A stretch of DNA of 64,000 nucleotides from Mobula hypostoma. Taxonomy: Eukaryota. The notes under the pieces were generated by a model that made no database searches, had not been told where the DNA came from, and saw nothing but the letters and a program-made list of their open reading frames with translations. Positions 26,246 through 38,600 of the stretch are shown piece by piece. The stretch spans positions 118,546,001-118,610,000 of the forward strand of contig NC_086097.1 in assembly GCF_963921235.1 (NCBI RefSeq), read 5' to 3'. The position numbers and the translations under genes are program-made. Numbering within the stretch: the first letter of the stretch is position 1; each line of letters begins with the position of its first letter.

Positions 26246-27109
26246 ATGCGTTTAAGGTCTGCTATGTCTAAGAATGGAAAAAATGGGAAGGATGGCAAAC
26301 CTCCGGTTAGACCGAAAGGTACTGATTTCCCTCCGACTGAACCACTGGTGACTTTGAAAGCTATATCGGAGCTAATTCAAAGGGAAATTTCAACCTCTGT
26401 TACGGAGCTGATTCGTGCGGAAATTTCAACTAGTTTCCAGAAAGTTGCCGATTCAATCGAGAAGATACAGATATCTATTACGGAACATCGGTCGGCTATA
26501 TCTGATCTTCAAAAATCCACGCAACAAAGTGAGCTCAAGATGGAGAAAATCGAAGAAACAATTAATGTAATGAAGAAGAAACTCGACTTTCTGACCTTTA
26601 AAAACTCTGACTTAGAATCTAGAATGCGACGGCAGAATCTTCGAATGATTGGGGTGCGTGAAGCTGTTGAATCCGATAACCCTATGAAGTATTTTTCTCA
26701 ACTTTTAAAAGATGCATTTCCTACTGTATTTCCTGACCAACCACCGTTATTGGATCATGTTCACAGAGTTCCATCATACTCGCCTAGGTCAGATAAACCT
26801 AGACCTGTCATTTTACGTTTTCATTACTTTCAAGACAAGGAGACATTGTTTCGATTCGTTCGATCTAAAGGTTTCATTGATTTTTTGGATCTTAAGTTCC
26901 GATTCGTGGAGGATTTCAGTAAACCAATCCGGGATCAACGGGTTCGTTACAGATCTGTGATGTCGGAACTCTACAAGATGGATTTAAAACCAGTGCTGCT
27001 TTACCCTGCACGTTTAAGGATTCATACGCTGGATGGAGCCCTCCATTTTTTTGAATCTCCATCGGATGCCCAGAGTTATCTGGATCAATTTTCACCTTCA
27101 ACATCTTAA
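26246..27109 (+). CDS. L1 ORF1p (coiled coil + RRM + CTD), intact
   Basis: 287 aa; DLESRMRRQNLRMIGVRE, HRV, KPRPVILRFHYFQDKE, EDFS, LYPARLRI. Confidence 0.9.
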   Translation: MRLRSAMSKNGKNGKDGKPPVRPKGTDFPPTEPLVTLKAISELIQREISTSVTELIRAEISTSFQKVADSIEKIQISITEHRSAISDLQKSTQQSELKMEKIEETINVMKKKLDFLTFKNSDLESRMRRQNLRMIGVREAVESDNPMKYFSQLLKDAFPTVFPDQPPLLDHVHRVPSYSPRSDKPRPVILRFHYFQDKETLFRFVRSKGFIDFLDLKFRFVEDFSKPIRDQRVRYRSVMSELYKMDLKPVLLYPARLRIHTLDGALHFFESPSDAQSYLDQFSPSTS

Positions 27110-27815
27110 TCGTAATATTTTAACTATCTCCGTTGATCGGAGGCTGTGAATTTGTCGGTCTTAATTTTTTTTTGCCCTATTTGGGCAGAAAAGTTTATTT
27201 TTGATTACTTAATATGGTTGCTAAACTTTCTTTTTAACTGCGTCATTTCTTTCTTTTTCCCAGGGGATTCTGGGTGGTTACTTCCTCATCGTCATTTTAC
27301 GTATTTTCTTTGTGGCCTTAAATTTTGTAGTTTTTTTAAAATCTATTTTGTAGGTTTTTATAACTAGTTTATGTTAATAATCTCATTTTTTTTTGTTGCT
27401 TTGTTTACTCATGGGTCTGGGGTTTATTGCGTTTTTTTAATATTTTCTGGCTTTTATTTTGTTATGTGTTTATTTTAATTGAGTTATCTTTTTTTATTCT
27501 TTTACTGTTTTATAATCAGCTGATCTTTTTTATATTTACACTTTTTTTTAGGGAGCGTATACCGGAAGTCATGGGGGTAGTTTCAGTGCTTGCTTCTTTC
27601 GGGCTGGTCTGCGTTAGATTTAGCCTTGGGGTCATGGGGTTGGGGGTGGTAGGAGGGGCTTCACGTTTTAGTTTCTTTCTTCTTGGGCTATATACATTAT
27701 TGAAGTATTGGTTGCGTTCTTCTTCCCGGTATCTCTTGTATGTTCTGTTCCCTTTCCGGGTTCGTGGATCGAGCCTATCGTCAATCCTCCTTGTTGCGGG
27801 TTGACTTTAGGGTTT

Positions 27816-30800
27816 ATGGAGTCTATTATTAATTTTGTCTCCTGGAATACTAATGGTCTTAATCATCCTATTAAAAGGAAAAAAGTTTTTGAAGTGTTCC
27901 GGAGACTTAAAGCACAAATTTTATTTTTACAAGAGACCCATGTGCGGAGGGGGGACAGACTACGTTTTTTTAAATTCTGGAAGGGACAACAGTTTCATTC
28001 GAACTCCAATGCTAAGATTCGAGGCTTCTTTATTTTTATAGACTCCTCAGTTACTTTTATACAACATGATATTATTTCTGATCCGAATGGTAGATTTCTA
28101 TTGGTTAGTGGTTTACTATTTAATAAAAAAGTAGTTTTGGTTAATGTTTATGCTCCTAATATGGACTGTCCAGAATTTTATAAATCATTATTTAATCAGT
28201 TTCCGAATTTGAATGAGTTTTCATTGATCTGGGGCGGAGATCTTAATACCTGTTTGTCTCCAGCTTTGGACCGTTCGGCTCCTCTACGGACCTTACCTAA
28301 TAAATCTGCAACTTTGATTAATTCATTCCTCTCTGATTCTGGATCGACGGACATTTGGCGTTTTTTGCATCCTCAGGAAAAAGATTTTTCTTTTTTTTCA
28401 CATGTTCATCATTCCTATTCAAGAATTGATTATTTCTTTATTGATTCTCGTCTTATTTCCTCAGTGATTAAATGTGATTATGACTCTATAACCATTTCAG
28501 ATCATGCTCCACTTAAGCTTTCTATTAAAATTCTGGCCAATATACAAAATAATAGACAATGGCATTTTAATTCGCTGTTGCTTCAGGACTCGGACTTTGT
28601 TAACTTTATGAATGAACAGATTGATCTTTTTTTTTACAATTAACTATACAGAGGATATTTCCGTCAACATTCTTTGGGACACTTTTAAAGCTTATATTCA
28701 TGGTCAGATTATCTCGTATTCTGCTGCTTTGAGGAAGAAGCTGAAGCAGGAGGAGTTGGTAATTGTGGACAAGATTAAGGAAATTGATAAGAAATATGTT
28801 ATAGCTCCTTCTGAGGAGTTATATGAACAAAGAACTGAACTTCAAATGGAACACAGTTTATTACTCTCGTCCTCATTTGTAAACCGATTAAAGAAAACAA
28901 GAAGTGAATTTTATGTACACAGTGACAAAATTGGCAAACTGTTGGCTAATCAACTGAAGTCTAATTATGCTAAATCTCAAATTAATCAGATTTATAATCA
29001 AAATGATCGACTGATACTTGATCATGTGGGAATTAATCAAACCTTCTGTGATTTTTACTCTTCCTTATATCAATCAGAGTCTCCTCGAGATTCTAAATAT
29101 ATGAATGATTTTTTAGATAATTTAGACCTCCCTGAGATCTCACAGGATATGTCTTCTATGTTAGATACTCCCATTACCATGGATGAGATTAAGAATGTTA
29201 TTTTCTCTATGAATTTGGGGAAAGCTCCTGGCCCTGATGGGTTTACCGTAGAATTTTATAAATGTTTTGCTCCTTCATTAATCCCTTGGCTCTGTAGGGT
29301 TTTTGAGGCTTCATTAAAACTTGGTAAACTTCCTGAATCTTTCAATAGAGCGTCAATTTCTCTAATATTAAAGAAGGATAAAGATCCTGCTCAATGTGCA
29401 TCTTATAGACCAATATCTTTATTAAATGTTGATTCTAAAGTTTTTTCTAAGTTATTAGCAAATAGATTAGAAAAAGTACTTCCTTCTATTATTTCGGAAG
29501 ACCAAACAGGTTTTATTAAAGGTCATTACTCTTTTTATAATATTCGCACACTGTTAAATATTGTTTATACTCCCTCACAAAATGTTCCTGAGTGTGTTAT
29601 CTCTTTAGATGCTGAGAAAGCTTTTGATAGAGTAGAATGGCCTTATTTATTTAAGGTGCTTGAAATGTTTAATTTTAGCTTGAAATTTATATCCTGGATT
29701 AAACTGTTACATCATTCTCCTGTGGCCTCGGTCCGTACTAACTCTTTAAGTTCACCTTTTTTTCCTCTTTTTCGAGGTACTCGACAAGGTTGTCCTCTTA
29801 GTCCCTTATTATTTGATATTGCATTAGAACCTCTTGCAATTGCCATTCGAGAATCTCCAAATATTACTGGGATAACTCGGGGCTTAAAGTCCCATAAAAT
29901 ATCACTCTATGCTGATGATTTACTTTTATATATTTCTAATCCTCAAAAATCCATCCCGGCTGTTTTAGAGCTATTAGCACAAATTGGTCTTTTTTCAGAT
30001 TATAAATTAAATCTTAGTAAGAGTGAACTCTTTCCAATTAATAAACAACTTCCCTTATATTATAAATTTCCATTTAAATTGATTAATAATTATTTTTCAT
30101 ATCTTGGGATTAAAATTACTTGTAAATACAAAGATTTATTTAAGACTAACTTTTTACCATGAATAGACCATATTATTCAACTTTCATCTAAATGGTTTCC
30201 TTTATATTTAACTTTGATTGGTCGTATTAATGCAGCTAAGATGTTTTTTTTTGCCAAAATTTTTATATATATTTCAGGCATTACCAATCTTTGTTCCAAA
30301 ATCTTTTTTTGACAAAGTTGACTCTAAAATTTCTTCATTTATTTGGCAGAATAAAAACCCAAGACTAGGTAAAATACATTTACAGAAAGCTAAGAGAGAT
30401 GAAGGCTTAGCATTACCTAACTTTAGATTTTATTATTGGGCAATTAATATTTGACATATGAAATTCTGGTTACTTGACCAGGATATACTATCCATTCCTA
30501 AATGGGTAGCATTGGAATTACAATCTGTTCAGGGTTTTATACTTGGCTCTATTTTAGGTTCCTCTCTTCCTTTTGATTTGAAACGCCTTAAACAGGTGTC
30601 TAACCCGATAGTTAAATATACCTTGCGTATTTGGTTTCAATTCAGAAAATTTTTTGATCTTAATCAATTTGGGTTAGCGATTCCTATTTTAGGTAACATT
30701 TTTTCCTCCCTCTTTTACGGATTGTGCTTTTCAAATTTGGAAGACTAAGGGTATTTCACGGTTTTTGGATTTATTTTTAGATGGTTCCCTTACGTCTTTT

Positions 30801-31592
30801 GAACAATTATCTAATAAATATAACTTATCAAGAATACATTTTTTTAGATATCTACAAGTTAGAAATTTCCTAAGTACTATACTTTCTTCCTTTCCAATGC
30901 TTCCTCCTACATACATTTTAGATACTATAATTAACCTTAATCCATGTCAGAAAGGTGCATCGGCTATGATTTATAATATTATTATGAAACTTAGGAAAGC
31001 TCCATTTGATAAGATTAGGGTAGATTGGGAACGGGAATTTGGGTTTACCATTTTCGTGGATGACTGGGGGCAGATTTTACAATTAGTCAATACTTCCTCT
31101 ATCTGTGCTAAACATTCCCTAATTCAATTTAAAGTTGTTCATAGAGCACATATGTCCAAAGATAAGTTAGCGCACTTTTATTCTCATATTAATCCTGTTT
31201 GTGATAGATGTCCGGGGCAGATAGCCTCTTTAACTCATATGTTTTGGTCTTGTCCTACTTTGGAAACTTTTTGGAGAGACATTTTTAATATTATCTCCAA
31301 GGTATTGAATATAGATATCTCTCCTCACCCTATTACTGCTATCTTTGGACTACCTAAAATTTCCGGTAATCTTTCCCCTTCAGCCCGTAGAATGATTGCA
31401 TTTCTTACTTTAATGGCGAAAAGATGTATCTTACAACATTGGAAAGAGCTTAATGCTCCAACTACCTTTTTTTGGTTTTCTCAGACAATATTATGCTTGA
31501 ATTTGGAGAAAATTAGAAGCAATCTTTATGACTCCTCATTTAAATTTGAACAGACTTGGAGATCTTTTATTCAATATTTTCATTTAATGTAA
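27816..31592 (+). pseudogene. L1 ORF2p (APE endonuclease, RT, CCHC), disrupted
   Basis: SWNTNGLN, FLQETH, GGDLN, SRIDYF, SDHAP; KAPGPDG, YRPISLLN, LDAEKAFD, GTRQGCPLSP, YADD; CDRC...HMFWSC; frameshifts near 28630, 30250 and 30700; stops at 30160 and 30452. Confidence 0.92.
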
Positions 31593-32279
31593 TATATACC
31601 CTTCTTGTTTTTTTTTACTGTTTTTAATGGAGGTCGGGATTGAGGACGTGATTTTAAGTTTAACTCTGTTTGGTTTCAAGTTAGCCCATTGCTTTGCTTT
31701 GCTTTTAGTTAGTTGCACGGTGGGTTTTTTTTGGGGGGGGAGGTTTCCTTTTCTCTATTGATATTTATATAAAAATTAGTATACTATTATGTTACCTTGG
31801 TATGTTATGTTTAAATTACATTGTTTGTAGTTTTTTTTTATATTAATATCTTCTGTAATTTTATTATATTCTAACAGTGTATTAGTGTCTATATGGCTTA
31901 CCTTTTCGTATACTTATTCAATAAAAAGATTTAAAAAGAAAGGAGGGCAGAGGATTCACATTTGTATTTGTGTCTCTCACTGATACATAGAATCCCCCAG
32001 TATGCCATGGCATTAAAACCATGTTTACCACCAAATTTGCCTAAAACGGGCATTGCTAGGACAAAATGCTCCAAATTCCCCTACCATGTAAAGAGAAGAT
32101 TTTATAAGGAATAATTACATCACTAACTTGGAGAAATTGCAATGGAATCTCTTCACAATGATGGCCAGATTTCACACTGGAGTATTTTGGTCATAAATGC
32201 GATTTACTCTGAGTTAATTCAATTTTCATTAGTTTTCACAGCAAAAACCAATGTACTATAAAAAAACAGGCCTTCAGCC

Positions 32280-33755
32280 CTTTATTTCTTCCACCTATCA
32301 TCTCTCAGCTTCTCACTTCATCCTCCCTCCCTTATCTGCCCACCTTCCCCCTCACCTGTTTCGCCTATCACTTGCCAGCTTTTTCTTTCCCCTCCCCCTA
32401 TCCTTCTTATTCTAGATTCTTCCATCCTCCTTTCCAGTCTTAGCCCAGAGCATTAACTGTTCATTCCTTTCCATAGATCAGGGGTCCCCAACCTTTTTCG
32501 CACTGTAGACCGGTTTCATATTGACAATATTCTTGCGGACCGGCTGACCGGGGGGGCGGTGGTGGTAGGGTTGTCAATGGACAATAGTAGCAGTCAGATA
32601 CGCTGGGTTTACCCCGAGAAAGACTACAATGACCATGAAGCCTTGCGCAGGCACCAGTGCGCATGCGTGTACGTTTTTTTCTACAAATCGTTTTTGGCGA
32701 TTCTGTTCGGCGGGGGGGGCGTGGTGTTAATCACGACCGGAATATAGGTGATAATTAGCTAATACACTCAATTTTGTTTCTAAAAGGGTTTATCGAACGA
32801 ATTTAATGTTAAACACACAGCGCATATTTTCCTTGCATGAATATAGTGATAAGTCAATTATCAGGGGAGGACAGGGGAGCTTGAAGTAAGTGTTGAACAA
32901 ACTTCCAGTAGGCAGGTTTGATATTATCATTTAAAGAAAAATTGGATAGGTATATGGACAGGAAAGGAATGGAGGGTTATAGGTTGAGTGTAGGTCGGTG
33001 GGACTAGGTGAGAGTGGAGTTCGGCACGGACTAGAAGGGCCGAGATGGCCTATTTCTGTGCTGTAATTGTTATATGGTTATATAAGTAAGTCAATAGCAT
33101 CATAACATTTTAAGTAACGTTTGGATATTAAACACGCAGTGCATATTTTCCTCGTATGAACATATAAAATCATTGCAACACACCAATATCGCTGAATCGG
33201 TGGGAGCCCAGGGCTTGTTTTCCTGCAACAAGACGGTCCTATCGAAGGGTGACGGGAGACAGCAATACTCGAAGGGGGTTCCTTGTGTCCAGTCTATTCT
33301 GCAATTTAGTTTTCGTCACATTCACTGCAGAGATATGTTGGAAATGGAAGCAACGTTTTCAGTGCTTTCGTGGCTATCTCAGGATTTTTAGCCTTGACTT
33401 TGATCCAGAATGCCGGCAGAGATGTTATGTCAAACATACTTTCCAGCCCGCCGTCATTTGCAAGCTCGAGGAGTTGATCTCCTTCCCGCGCTGAAAAGCA
33501 TGATGCTTGAGAAATGACCTCGCGTGCGTAATGGCTCAAAAGTGGGCGTGACAGGGAACGAGGAATGATGCAGCTGACTCCTATCGCCAAATCATATCGT
33601 TTCCTCGCAGCCTGGTACCGCATGCTTTGCGGCCCGGTACCGGTCCGCGGCCCGGTGGTTGGGGACCGCCGCCATAGATGGTGCCTAATCTGCTGAGTTC
33701 ATCCAGTATTTTGTGTTTGACTTTCTGGATTTCCAGCATCTGCAGGATCTCTTAC
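32280..33755 (+). mobile_element. Penelope 3'-end remnant split by the hAT insertion
   Basis: Pyrimidine-rich tract with a deleted hammerhead (CCAGTC...CCCAGAGCATTAACTG), continuing after the TSD as ATAGATGGTGCC...TTTCCAGCATCTGCAG. Confidence 0.7.
32479..33671 (-). mobile_element. Non-autonomous hAT (Charlie/Buster) transposon
   Basis: TIRs CAGGGGTCCCCAACC / GGTTGGGGACCGCCG; perfect 8-bp TSD CCATAGAT with central TA (32471-32478, 33672-33679); remnant QLLELANDGGL...FWIKVK...PEIATKALKTLLPFPTYLC. Confidence 0.92.
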
Positions 33756-34118
33756 GTCAATGTAATAAAGCTTGTGGGCAGAGTTGCTTCCGAGGTTAAT
33801 AATTTCTATCAGGGCCTATTTATATAACATTGCTTAAAGAAAGGACATAAATTGCAATTTGTAATGTTAATTCAAATGATAATTTTCACAAATTCTATAT
33901 TTTATTTGTGTAAGAAATGAAATTGGATTATTATGTATAAACACACCAATAGCAATTTGTACTTTAACTGTTTTAAATCAAGGCTTTATTTGGACAAAGC
34001 TTCTTTGATCAAGTTTCCATTTCCACAGAGAAATAAAATGGAAAATTACATCTTACATCATGGGAATTTGGCTCACCTGTCACAGTTGGTAATTATCCGT
34101 GGGTCTCAGGATTAGATT

Positions 34119-37100
34119 ATAGAACATAGAACATAGAAAAGTACAGCAAAGTACAGGCCCTTCAGCCCACAATGTTGTGCCGACCTTCAAACCCTGCCTC
34201 CCATATAAATCCCACCTTAAATTCCTCCATATACCTGTCTAGTAGCCTCTTAAACTTCACAAGTGTATCTGCCTCCACCACTGACTCAGGCAGTGCATTC
34301 CACGCACCAAACACTCTCTGAGTAAAAAACCTTCCTCTAATATCCCCTTTGAACTTCCCACCCCTTACCTTAAAGCCATGTCTTCTTGTATTGAGCAGTG
34401 GTGCCCTGAGGAAGAGGCGCCGGCTATCCACTCTATCTATTCCTCTCATTATCTTGTACACCTCTATCATGTCTCTTCTCATCCTCCTTCTCTCCAAAGA
34501 GTAAAGCACTAGCTGCCTTAATCTCTGATCATAATGCATACTCTCTAAACCAGGCAGCATCCTGGTAAATCTCCTCTGTACCCTTTCCAATGCTTCCACA
34601 TCCTTCCTATAGTGAGGCAACCAGAACTGGACACAGTACTCATGTGTGGCCTAACCAGAGTTTTATAGAGCTGTATCATTACATCGTAACCCTTAAACTC
34701 TATCCCTCGACTTATGAAAGCTAACACCTCATAAGCTTTCTTAACTACCCTATCCAGGCAACTTTCAGGGATCTGTGGACATGTACCCCAAGATCCCTCT
34801 GCTCCTCCACACTACTAAGTATCCTACCATTTACTTTGTACTCTGCCTTGGAGTTTGTCCTTCCAAAGTGGACCACCTCACACTTCTCCAGGTTGAACTC
34901 CATCTGCCACTTCTCAGCCCACTTCTGCATCCTATCAATTTCTGTCTGCAATCTTTGACAATCCTCTACACTATCTACAACACCACCAACCTTTGTGTTG
35001 TCTGCAAACTTGCCAACCCACTCTTCTACCCCCACATCCAGGTCGTTAATAAAAATCACGAAAAGTAGAGGTCCCAGAACAGATCCTTGTGGGACACCAC
35101 TAGTCACAATCCTCCAATCTGAATGTACTCCCTCCACCACGACACTCTGCCTTCTGCAGGCAAACCAATTCTGAATCCACCTGGCCAAACTTCCCTGGAT
35201 CCCATGCCTTCTATCTTTCTGCATAAGCCTACCGTGTGGAACCTTGTCAAATGCCTTACTAAAATCCATATAGATCACATCCACTGCACTACTCTCATCT
35301 ATATGCCTGGTCACCTCCTCGAAGAACTGTATCAGGCTTGTTAGCCACGATCTGCCCTTTACAAAGCCATCCTGACTGTCCCTGATCAGACCATGATTCT
35401 CTAAATGCCCAGAGATCCTATCTCTAAGAATCTTTTCCAACAGCTTTCCCACCGCAGACGTAAGGCTCACTGGTCTATAATTACCCGGACTATCTCTACT
35501 ACCTTTTTTGAATAAGGGGACAACATTCACCTCCCTCCAATCCTCAAGTACCATTCCCGTGGACAATGAAGACATAAAGATCCTAGCCAGAGGCTCAGCA
35601 ATCTCTTCCCTCGCCTCGTGGAGTAGCCTGGGGAATATTCCATCAGGCTGCGGGGACTTATCCGTCCTGATGCATTTTAACAACTCCAACACCTCCTCTC
35701 CCTTAATATCAACATGCTCCAGAACACCAACCTCACTCATATTGTCCTCACCATCATCAAGTTCCCTCTCATTGGTGAAGAGAAGTATTCATTGAGGACC
35801 TTGCTCACTTACACACCTTCCAGGCACATCTTCCCACCTTTATCTCTAATCGGTCCTACCTTCACTCCTGTCATCTTTTTTCTCTTCACATAATTGAAGA
35901 ATGCCTTGGGGTTTTCCTTTACCCTACTCACCAGGGCCTTCTCATGCCCCCTTCTTGCTCTTCTCAGCCCCTTCTTAAGCTCCTTTCTTGCTTCCCTATA
36001 TTCCTTAATAGACCCATCTGATCCCTGCTTCCTAAACCTCATGTATGCTGCCTTCTTCCACCTGACTAGATTTTCCACCTCACTTGTCACCCATGGTTCC
36101 TTCACCCTACCATTCTTTATCTTCCTCATCGGGACAAATTTATCCCTAACATCCTGCAAGAGATCTCTAAACATCCACCACATGTCCATAGTATATTTCC
36201 CTGCAAAAACATCATCCAATTCACACCCACAAGTTATGGCCTTACAGTCTCATAACTTGCCCTTCCCCAATTAAAAATTTTCTTGTCCTCTCTGATTCTA
36301 TCCTTTTCCATGATAATGCAAAAGGCCAGGGAGTGGTGGTCACTGTCCCCCATATGGTCACCCACTGATAGATCTGTGACCTGACCTGGTTCATTACCTA
36401 GTACTAGATTTAGTATGGCATTCCCCCTAGTCAAACTGTCCACATATTGTGACAGGAAGCTGTCCTGGACACACTTAACAAACTCTGCCCCATCTAAACC
36501 CTTGGAACTAGTCAGGTGCCAGTCAATATTAGGGAAGTTAAAATCACCCATGATAACAACCCTGTTATTTTTACACCTTTCCAAAATCTGCCTCCCAATC
36601 TGCTCCTCTGTGTCTCTGCTGCTACCAGGGGGCCTATAGAATACTCCCAATAGAGTAACTGCTCCTTTCCTGTTCCTGACTTCCACCCATATTGACTCAA
36701 AAGAGGATCATGCTACATTACCCACCCTTTCTGTAGCTGTAATAGTATCCCTGACCAGTGATGCCACCCCTCCTCCCCTTTATCTGCCCTCTCTATCCCT
36801 TTTAAAGCACTGAAATCCAGGAATATTGAGAATCCATTCTTGCCCTGGTGCCAGCCAAGTCTCTGTAATGGCCACTACGTCATAATTCCGTGTATGTATC
36901 CAAGCTCTCAGTTCATCACCTTTGTTCCTGATGCTTCTTGCATTGAGGTACACACATTTCAGCCCTTCTACCTTCCTGTCTTTACACCGTTTATTCTGCT
37001 TCTCTTTCCTCAAAGCCTCTCTATATGTTAGATCTGGCTCTACTCCATGCACTTCTTTCACTGCTCTATCGCTCTGGGTCCCATCCCCCTTGCAAATTAG

Positions 37101-37308
37101 TTTAAACCCTCCCGAACCATGCCAGCGAACCTACCTGCAAGGATATTGCTCCCCCTCGAGTTCAGGAGCAACCCATCCAATCTGTACAGGTCCCACCTTC
37201 CCCAGAAGAGATCCCAATGATCCAAAAATCTAAAACCCTGCTCCCTGCACCAACTCCTCAGCCACGCATTCAACTGCCATCTCCTCCAATTCTTACCATC
37301 ACTGTCAC
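34119..37308 (-). mobile_element. CR1 LINE with nearly complete, frameshifted ORF2 and the end of ORF1
   Basis: KCVYLNARSIRNK, VAITETW, MGDFN, SDH, NYRPVSLTS, DFSKAFDKVPH, GVPQGSVLGP; (CTATGTT)n tail. Confidence 0.92.
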
Positions 37309-38097
37309 ATGATGATAGTCGGATGATAAGACTGCTTCATACCAGCTCCTACCCACCTCACCTTTGCTGCTGCTCCTCATACCTGCCCCTACCTCAGTAA
37401 GATCATCAACAGATGAGCAATTGCTAAAATACTTGTGCACCCTTCATTACTGACTGCTCTTTCCGAAGTACATAGTTCCATCTAGTTCACATTTACATAG
37501 TTGGGTAGATGCCTGACATATTGAAAAAAGATAGATAACTAACAGATTTTACTTTTTATCACTCATTTCGTAAAATCATTACTGTATTTAAATATTTCAT
37601 GTATATTTAATTCACAGTTCCAAACTTCATAAAACAAATATTCTTACTTTGAAATAAAAAAATAAATCTATGAATTTGAAATATCCCTAACAATGAAATA
37701 TTTGAAGGTCTATGAGAATTCATCTGTATCCCAAAGAGAGTAAAAAGATTTTGACATGATATTTTTTGATTGAGTGTACATCAATATTTAAAAAAAAGAG
37801 TACTGGACCAGAACCTTATCTGACACATCAATGAAAAAAGTGCTTGGGATGGAGGATGAAGCTAGTAATTCTTCAGAGTGAAAACTTCCATGGTAACAAG
37901 GGCTGAGTTCAGACATGGAGGCTTACACTAGATTGAGTCTGTGAGTAAATGAAGCCTTAAGGTTAAGAAAAGAATGCTACAACGTCCGTTGTTCTATAAG
38001 CAAAGTCTCAATTCTTATTTGAGAGGTATAGAGATGTGGTGGGGCACTAGGCAACATTATGTAAGAACTAGCACTTCTCATAAAATATCCCAGTAAT

Positions 38098-38265
38098 AAA
38101 CACAAGAGACTTTGCAGATGCTGGAGCTCTATAGCCACACACATAACAGTCTGGAGAAACTCATCAGGTCAGGCAGCATCTATGGACAGAAATCTTCCTT
38201 TCCAGTCCTGGCGAAGCGGCCCGGTCCAAAACATTGACATTCCAATGGCCACTTCATCAGGATTG
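38098..38265. mobile_element. Short Penelope-derived element with internally inverted hammerhead remnants
   Basis: Minus-oriented GCAGATGCTGG...CAGCATCTATGG, then plus-oriented CAGTCCTGGCGAAG...AAAACATTGAC, then minus CTTCATCAGG. Confidence 0.65.
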
Positions 38266-38321
38266 ATATATCCCAATAAATTTGACTACCAGCAAAATGA
38301 CTCACCAACTTCTTCAGTTAG

Positions 38322-38600
38322 CATAAGACCATAAGGTATATAAACAGATTTAGGCCCTTCAACCTATTGAGTCTGTTGCGCCATTCCATCATGGCTGACT
38401 TATTATCCCTCTCATCTTTATTCTCCTGTTTTCTCCCCCTAACCTCTGACACCCTTGCTAATCAAGAACCTATCACCCTCTGCTTTAAACATACGCAATG
38501 ACCTGGCCTCCACAGCCACAGAGCTTTGGCCTCCACTATGCTTTGGCTAAAGATATTCCTCCTCATCTTTGTTCTAAAGGAACATCCTTTTATTATGAAT
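38322..38600 (-). mobile_element. CR1 3' end
   Basis: CATAAGACCATAAG tail and 3' UTR like 18125-18400. Confidence 0.75.

Larger units (their letters stand above)
26091..31940 (+). mobile_element. Full-length L1-clade LINE (fish Swimmer/SW1-like), 5850 bp
   Basis: Perfect 16-bp TSD AGGAGGGCAGAGGATT (26075-26090 and 31941-31956); 5' UTR, ORF1, spacer, ORF2, 3' UTR with AATAAA. Confidence 0.95.

Noticed and set aside
27427..27804. Hydrophobic ORF in the L1 spacer as a third ORF
   Set aside because: Phe/Leu richness follows from T-rich composition; non-ATG start
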